From assembly GCF_009914755.1 (NCBI RefSeq), contig NC_060936.1: a stretch of 64,000 nt of DNA; one strand, written 5' to 3'. The DNA comes from the human T2T-CHM13v2.0 reference genome, Homo sapiens. The notes below the pieces were generated by a model. It ran no database searches and was not told the DNA's origin. It worked only from the letters and a program-made list of their open reading frames with translations. Position 1 is the first letter of the stretch; every line of letters starts with the position of its first letter. This document shows positions 58,536 through 64,000 of the stretch, piece by piece. The position numbers and the translations under genes were made by a program.

Positions 58536-59899
58536 TAAAACAAGAATAGATCTTCATATTTTATACCTTATCTTGGAAGGAGAGGCCTTAGTTACCTGGT
58601 CCAAAATTGAAGAGTGCTTTATGTACTGATGGCAAGTATGTAATCATGAGGTATCTTAGTTTATTTTTATTGTGCACCAAAGGGTCGCAACTCTTCTTGC
58701 TAAACTAGGACACTTCTGAAAGTAGCATGAGCCAGTGATCATGGAATCCTCCAGGTGTGGGCATGGAACTCCCATTTCATTTACCTGAGCCACAGCTTTC
58801 CATCTTTCTGAGATGTGAATAGCATTCATTGGGCCCTCAAGAGATCCAATACCCACTGCCCAATTTCCACTGGTTTTATGAGGAATAGATCTTTGTTACT
58901 CCCTATTCTTAAGCTGCTGCTATTGAGAAATGCTATGGAGATATGGAAAGTGTGCTGAGATTAGTAGTGAGTGGGATTGTGCACCACTTCAAATACAACA
59001 TGCATTTGGAAGAGCTCATGCATTTGGAAGGCCCTGTTTGAAAGGTTATTTCTTAGGGGCTTTCCGAGACAGCTGCCCTTTAACTTAAAGAACAACAAAA
59101 CAAATTAAACAGTTTGTGGTGAAGGCAGAGCAGAGTGGACCCCAAATTAACATGAGGGCCCATCTTCACTTGGGGGACTCCAGAACACAGATCCCTGGGA
59201 ATGTCTCTCTTTGCCAGTGACCTTATGTGTTTGTTTAACTGTCCAACTGAGGGTTCACCCTGACATTTAGGCAACAAGTCAGAGCCTGTGAAATTACAGT
59301 GACAACTCAAACATGAGAAAGAAACAGCTGCCCAATAGGGCCACAGGAAATACTGCTATTCAGGAAAACTGCTTTTCAGGTTTTTTTTTTTTTTTTTTTT
59401 TTTGTCTTTATTTCTTTCTCTCCTCAAGAGATGGTGGTTACTGAGCTCTCCTCCCCTGATTGTACTCCAGATGACTGTGGGGGAGGTGGCGACAGGCAGT
59501 TCCTGCCCTCTGGGAAGGGGCAAAGAGGTGGGGAAGGCAAGAAAGACGCTGGAGAAAGGTACAGGATAATTTGTGTTGAGACTAGTGCCTTAAAAGGCGG
59601 TAGGAACAGATGGTTTAAAGGGAGGAACTGCTTCTTTGCACATCCAAAGAGAATTTCTGCAAAAATCTTCCAGAAACTTTTTGCAATTCTTATCCCCTTA
59701 CAGCTGGACAGGGCAACTACAAAGTGACGACTAAGTGAGGGAGACTTCGCTTTTCAGTTGATCATTCTCTGCACTGTTTGGTTAACTTATCTTCCATATC
59801 TATTGTTTTTTAATTGAAGTGTTTTGAAAAGATCGATTTAATTACAACAAAATAAGTCACAGGGACTTCATTCACTCTACCTTTATTCTCTACGAGCCA

Positions 59900-60090
59900 G
59901 GAAAAAGGGCTTTATTTACCAGCTGTGTGGACTTGGGCTAATTACTTAACCGTCCTGTGGCCTATTACCTCATCTAAAACATAGGGTTAATAATAGTGCT
60001 TGCATTGAGGGTGGCCGGAGGACTCAGTGGGATAAGATACAAGGCTAGGTGCTGGTTATGACAAGCACTCAGTAATCCTAGCTATCACTA
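59900..60090 (+). mobile_element. MIR fragment
   Basis: ttaccagctgtgtggacttgggctaattacttaacc...ctcatctaaaacataggg. Confidence 0.75.
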
Positions 60091-61000
60091 GTCTGGTTCA
60101 AATGCTGTCCTAACACAGAACTCAGCAGCATAGGCTAGTTTGTCCTAAAGACAGGCCCTAGCGGTCATGGCAAGTGACAGCAGCAGCTGCCTCGTGGACT
60201 CTTGTCTCTGTTCCCATGGCTGGGGCTCTGATGGACAAGGTTGCATGGTGCATAGATGGCTCCTAAGTGTTCAGGTCATCAGAGGCGGGAAGGAACAGCT
60301 GTTTGGGATTGGAACCATGGGAACAGGCAGAAGGCAAGGTTGATGGGGTCACAGACACACCTGTCATTATCTTAGTAAAATAAATTGTCTGCCTAACATC
60401 GTGTCCTGATAGATCTGAGAAGAATAGAAAATGTGGAGCGGCCCAACTGGTAAGCAAGAAAAGAAGTATGTATTCTTTAATTTGGTTAAAATGTCATCTT
60501 CCCTGCCTTCTCCTTACTTTTCCACTGAATATATGTGGGGCTGGAAGGGTCTTAGCCATATCTAGAATCATAAAATCATTGAATATAAGGACGGAAAGGA
60601 ACTATATAGATCAAGTTGATCCAGCCCCAAATGTCAATAGTGCCAAGGTTGAAAATCCAGGTCTAAGCTAATGACATCTTCCTCCTTACTAATGGTTACT
60701 TTAAAATTCCAGGCTTAAGCCAATTAGCACAAGGTATCTCCAGTAACAAAGAACATGATTTATACTAACTTATACAACTAGGACATTTATTTATCTCATA
60801 TAGTAAGAAGTTCAGCAGTAAGGCAGACTTCAGGTCTGGATGATCCAGTAGCTCAACAATGCCATAAAGTTTAGTTTTTCTCTATTTCTCTACTCGACCA
60901 TTCTTGGTGTGTGAGCTGCGTTCTTAGGCTGTTTTCTAAGCTGTCTGTCAGTAGCAGGTGGGGGTGGTGTGCTTTCTTGTTTCTAACCCATGTTGGGGTC

Positions 61001-61141
61001 GGAAAGAGACAGAGAGGAGAGAGAGAGAGAGAGAGAAGGGGGAGAGGGAGAGGGAGAGGGGGAAGGAGGGGGAGGGAGGGAGAGAGGGAAGGAGGGAGGG
61101 AGAGAGGGAAGGAGGGAGGGAGGGAGGGGGAGAGTGAGAGT

Positions 61142-61174
<33 letters not shown>
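61001..61174. repeat. Polypurine (GA/GGGA) low-complexity tract
   Basis: 61011-61134 contains only A and G, followed by (GAGAGT)n and (GA)n. Confidence 0.97.
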
Positions 61175-61262
61175 CACACCTGTTTTCCAGCCATGTGATG
61201 AGAAGTCCATCATTTCAATCAGATTAAGGCAATTTAGGAAATGTGTTCACTTCTAGACCAGT

Positions 61263-61361
61263 AATAGTGGTCAGGTGAATACCTTGATTGTCTTAAATAG
61301 TGGTCAGGTGAATACTTTGATGGTCTTAAATAGTGGTCAGGTGAATATCTTGATTGGCTTA
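61263..61361. repeat. 3 x 33-bp tandem repeat
   Basis: AATAGTGGTCAGGTGAATAYYTTGATKGKCTTA units start at 61263, 61296 and 61329. Confidence 0.95.
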
Positions 61362-61407
61362 AGCCTGGAATTTTAAGTCAACCATTAGGGGGAAGATATC
61401 AGCTCAA

Positions 61408-61528
61408 ACCTGGATTTTCAACCTTGGCATTATTCACATTTGGGGCTGGATAAATACCTGTTGTGGGGGATGTCCTGTGCCTTGCAAAATGTTCATCACC
61501 ATTCCTCATCTCTGCCCACACAGTACCA
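61408..61528 (-). mobile_element. MER20 partial
   Basis: ttttcaaccttggcattattcacatttggggctggata...tgtcctgtgccttgc is the reverse MER20 3' half. Confidence 0.85.
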
Positions 61529-61539
61529 AGAGTAAGAGG

Positions 61540-62680
61540 CTATGTGGATAGAGGAACAGCTGGGAGGAGGACAGGGACCAGATGGGGCAAGATCTTGTAG
61601 ACCGTGTTAGGGATTTCTGTTTTTATCTTAAAATTACTTAAACAGATTTTAAATAAAGGATAATTCTAGTTGAAGTCTGGAGAAAAAATAGGAGCAGACT
61701 AGTAGGGGAAACAGGGCCCGGATATTGCAGTAGAGCAGGTGATAACTGAGTCAGTTTCAGCTATGGTGGTGAAAGTAGAAATGGAGAGAAATGGATGTAT
61801 TTGAGTGCTGCTTGGAAGCTAAACTAGTTAGAACCCAGTGCTGGAGTCAATATGAGAGATGAGGAAAGGAAGATATTAAAAATGAAGCATGGGTTTCTGG
61901 TTTGTTAACTTTAAGAACACTGGAGAACGATCAGATTGTAAAAGGAAGATCACATTCTGAATATATTGAGTTTGAGGCCTGTCCGAGATATTCAAGTAGA
62001 ACTGTCAAATGGGCAGATGGAGATAAAAGCGTGGTCTTCATGAGAGAATATTGGACTGGAGATGGTAATGAGCATGCTGAAAACTCACCTTGAGGGACTC
62101 TGACACTTAGAGGTTGCAGGTTGGATAAACAGCCATGAATCTTGGAAGGAGAGGCCAGAGGAGTAGAATTAAAAGGGGTGGGAGGGAGTTCCAGGAGAGG
62201 GTTGTATTCCTTAAGCCATGGGAAGGGAGCATTTTGAGAGGGAAGGCTTGATCAGCAGTGTTATATGTTGTGGAGAGGAGATGGAGGGTAAGGACCAAAA
62301 GATTGTCCTTTGGATTTAGTGACATGGAGGCCATTGGTGACTCCAGCAAGAACCATTTGAGTGTTGAGGTCACAAGCCAGGTTGGAGAAGCTGGATGAAT
62401 GCATGGGGAAAGACAAGGGACATAGAGTTGATTTCTCTTGGGAAGGTCTGGCTGTGGAGGAAAGAAAAGGGAGGAGGATAGCTGGGGGAGAAGTGAGGAT
62501 CAGGGAGAGTTTTTCTTTAGGAAGAGACACATGGCTATGTTTAAATGGTTTGTGAGGGTGGAAGAAGAGTTTGGAAAATACAGGAAAGAAGTGGAAATGA
62601 ATAGTGTAAAGTTACTGAAAAGGCAGGAGGGAATGGAATCCAGGACAAAGGGCACTTCTGCTATTGTAGCCAGAGAGGAG
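61540..62680 (-). mobile_element. L2 long fragment
   Basis: Reverse L2 body (tttggatttagtgacatggaggccattggtgact...). Confidence 0.8.
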
Positions 62681-63323
62681 AGAAGAAGCATGCATGTATG
62701 TGGATTTGAAGGGTTTGTGGCTGGAAGTTGCTAGCGTTCCTGCTTGCATTCTTCTATGGCTCCCGTCAGTATGTAGCTCAATGTCTACACAAAAGTTGTG
62801 GGGAAGCTTCTCTAGTCAAATTATATTTGGGATATGCTATGTTAAGTTTAAGCAGTTATCTTCACTGCAGGACTTTCCAAACCCTTTAATACATAAACTT
62901 TCATTGTGAGAGTCTAAGAGGAGGGTAGAGGAAACAGCATTTCCTACTGGACCGCAGAGCTCTCTAAGTGCACAGCCTCTCATGGAACCAGTTTCATGCC
63001 ACTCTGGGAAACAATGAGCAGAATCAACACCTTCGTTTTATGGCAGAAGAACTTGAAACCCTGAGATGGAAAGGATAGAAAGTTGCTTGGGTGAATTAAC
63101 AGCCGTGGAGAACACTTCCGTAGGGAGCACAGGGGCTCCCCTAGGCCTTCGCTTGGGTGAGCACAGCCCTCTTACTCTTGTTTGTACTGGTGACCCCAGC
63201 CCTCTGCCTTAGCTAGAACCATATAGTTCTACTTTGAAATATGAAATTAGATGGAAAGGCAGCCATTACGTCTTTGTGTGTTACCTGAAAGGATCTATGG
63301 CAAGACATAAATCTACTGGCTCT

Positions 63324-63645
<322 letters not shown>

Positions 63646-64000
63646 ACCTTTGCAGCTGGCAGCAGATTGTGTCTGGGATTAAATTTAGCGTCCCTGGTTT
63701 CAGGAGAGGCAGACTCCACCTTCCAGCTGTGCAGTCAGCACCTGACTGAAGCTGTTGAAGGTGTCAGCCCCCCTTCTCCCTTTAAAATGTTCAACTCGAT
63801 GGTTCGTCTGTGACATCATCTAGAAATTGATGCGATGGATAATGTTTGCCTGTTGCTGAGTTTGGGTTTCCCATGAATGTCCATGGGAAAGTTCAGCTTG
63901 CTCACTTCTTCCTGCCTGGAATATCTTACCCTTCTTTTTCTCCCTGTGGGGGGGCTACTTTTGTGAAGCTCAAACTTGAGTAAGCTGGAGATCACCTGTT

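Larger units (their letters stand above)
60730..61400 (-). mobile_element. MLT1 (J/K-like) LTR containing a polypurine tract and a 33-bp triplication
   Basis: tttatttatctcatatagtaagaagttc...cagtagctcaacaatgcca and tgattggcttaagcctgg motifs. Confidence 0.65.

Noticed and set aside
60871-61256. Several overlapping ORFs rich in E/R/G or S/L/P
   Set aside because: Artefacts of the stop-free polypurine tract.
61263-61361. CRISPR-like array
   Set aside because: Head-to-tail tandem copies with no unique spacers, in a mammalian LTR context with no cas genes.

Overview
Human (primate) genomic DNA, AT-rich and repeat-dense. It contains the 5' end of IGF1 (insulin-like growth factor 1, chr12q23.2) on the minus strand: alternative leader exon 1 ([21 protein letters not shown], 17552-17614), leader exon 2 (MITPT, 15719-15733) and common exon 3 (rest of the signal peptide plus the first 25 residues of mature IGF-I, 12872-13028). 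Bases 1-12871 are part of intron 3; exons 4-6 lie outside the window. About 18-64 kb is 5'-flanking DNA made of Alu, L1, L2, MIR, MaLR/ERVL LTR and hAT elements plus candidate regulatory DNA. The ORF track misses the IGF1 frame; apart from L1 remnants its ORFs look spurious. I found no support for a new protein-coding or prokaryote-type system. The best leads are: a 186-nt cryptic intron inside exon 1 that would remove three uAUGs; a candidate upstream non-coding exon; a strong CTCF site with an embedded STAT5 motif 4.3 kb upstream; a hairpin carrying four TAATCC sites; and a cluster of rearrangement scars near 60.6-61.5 kb. Repeat boundaries and subfamilies were assigned by eye from remembered consensus sequences and are approximate. 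Literature and variant identifiers are from memory and need confirming.
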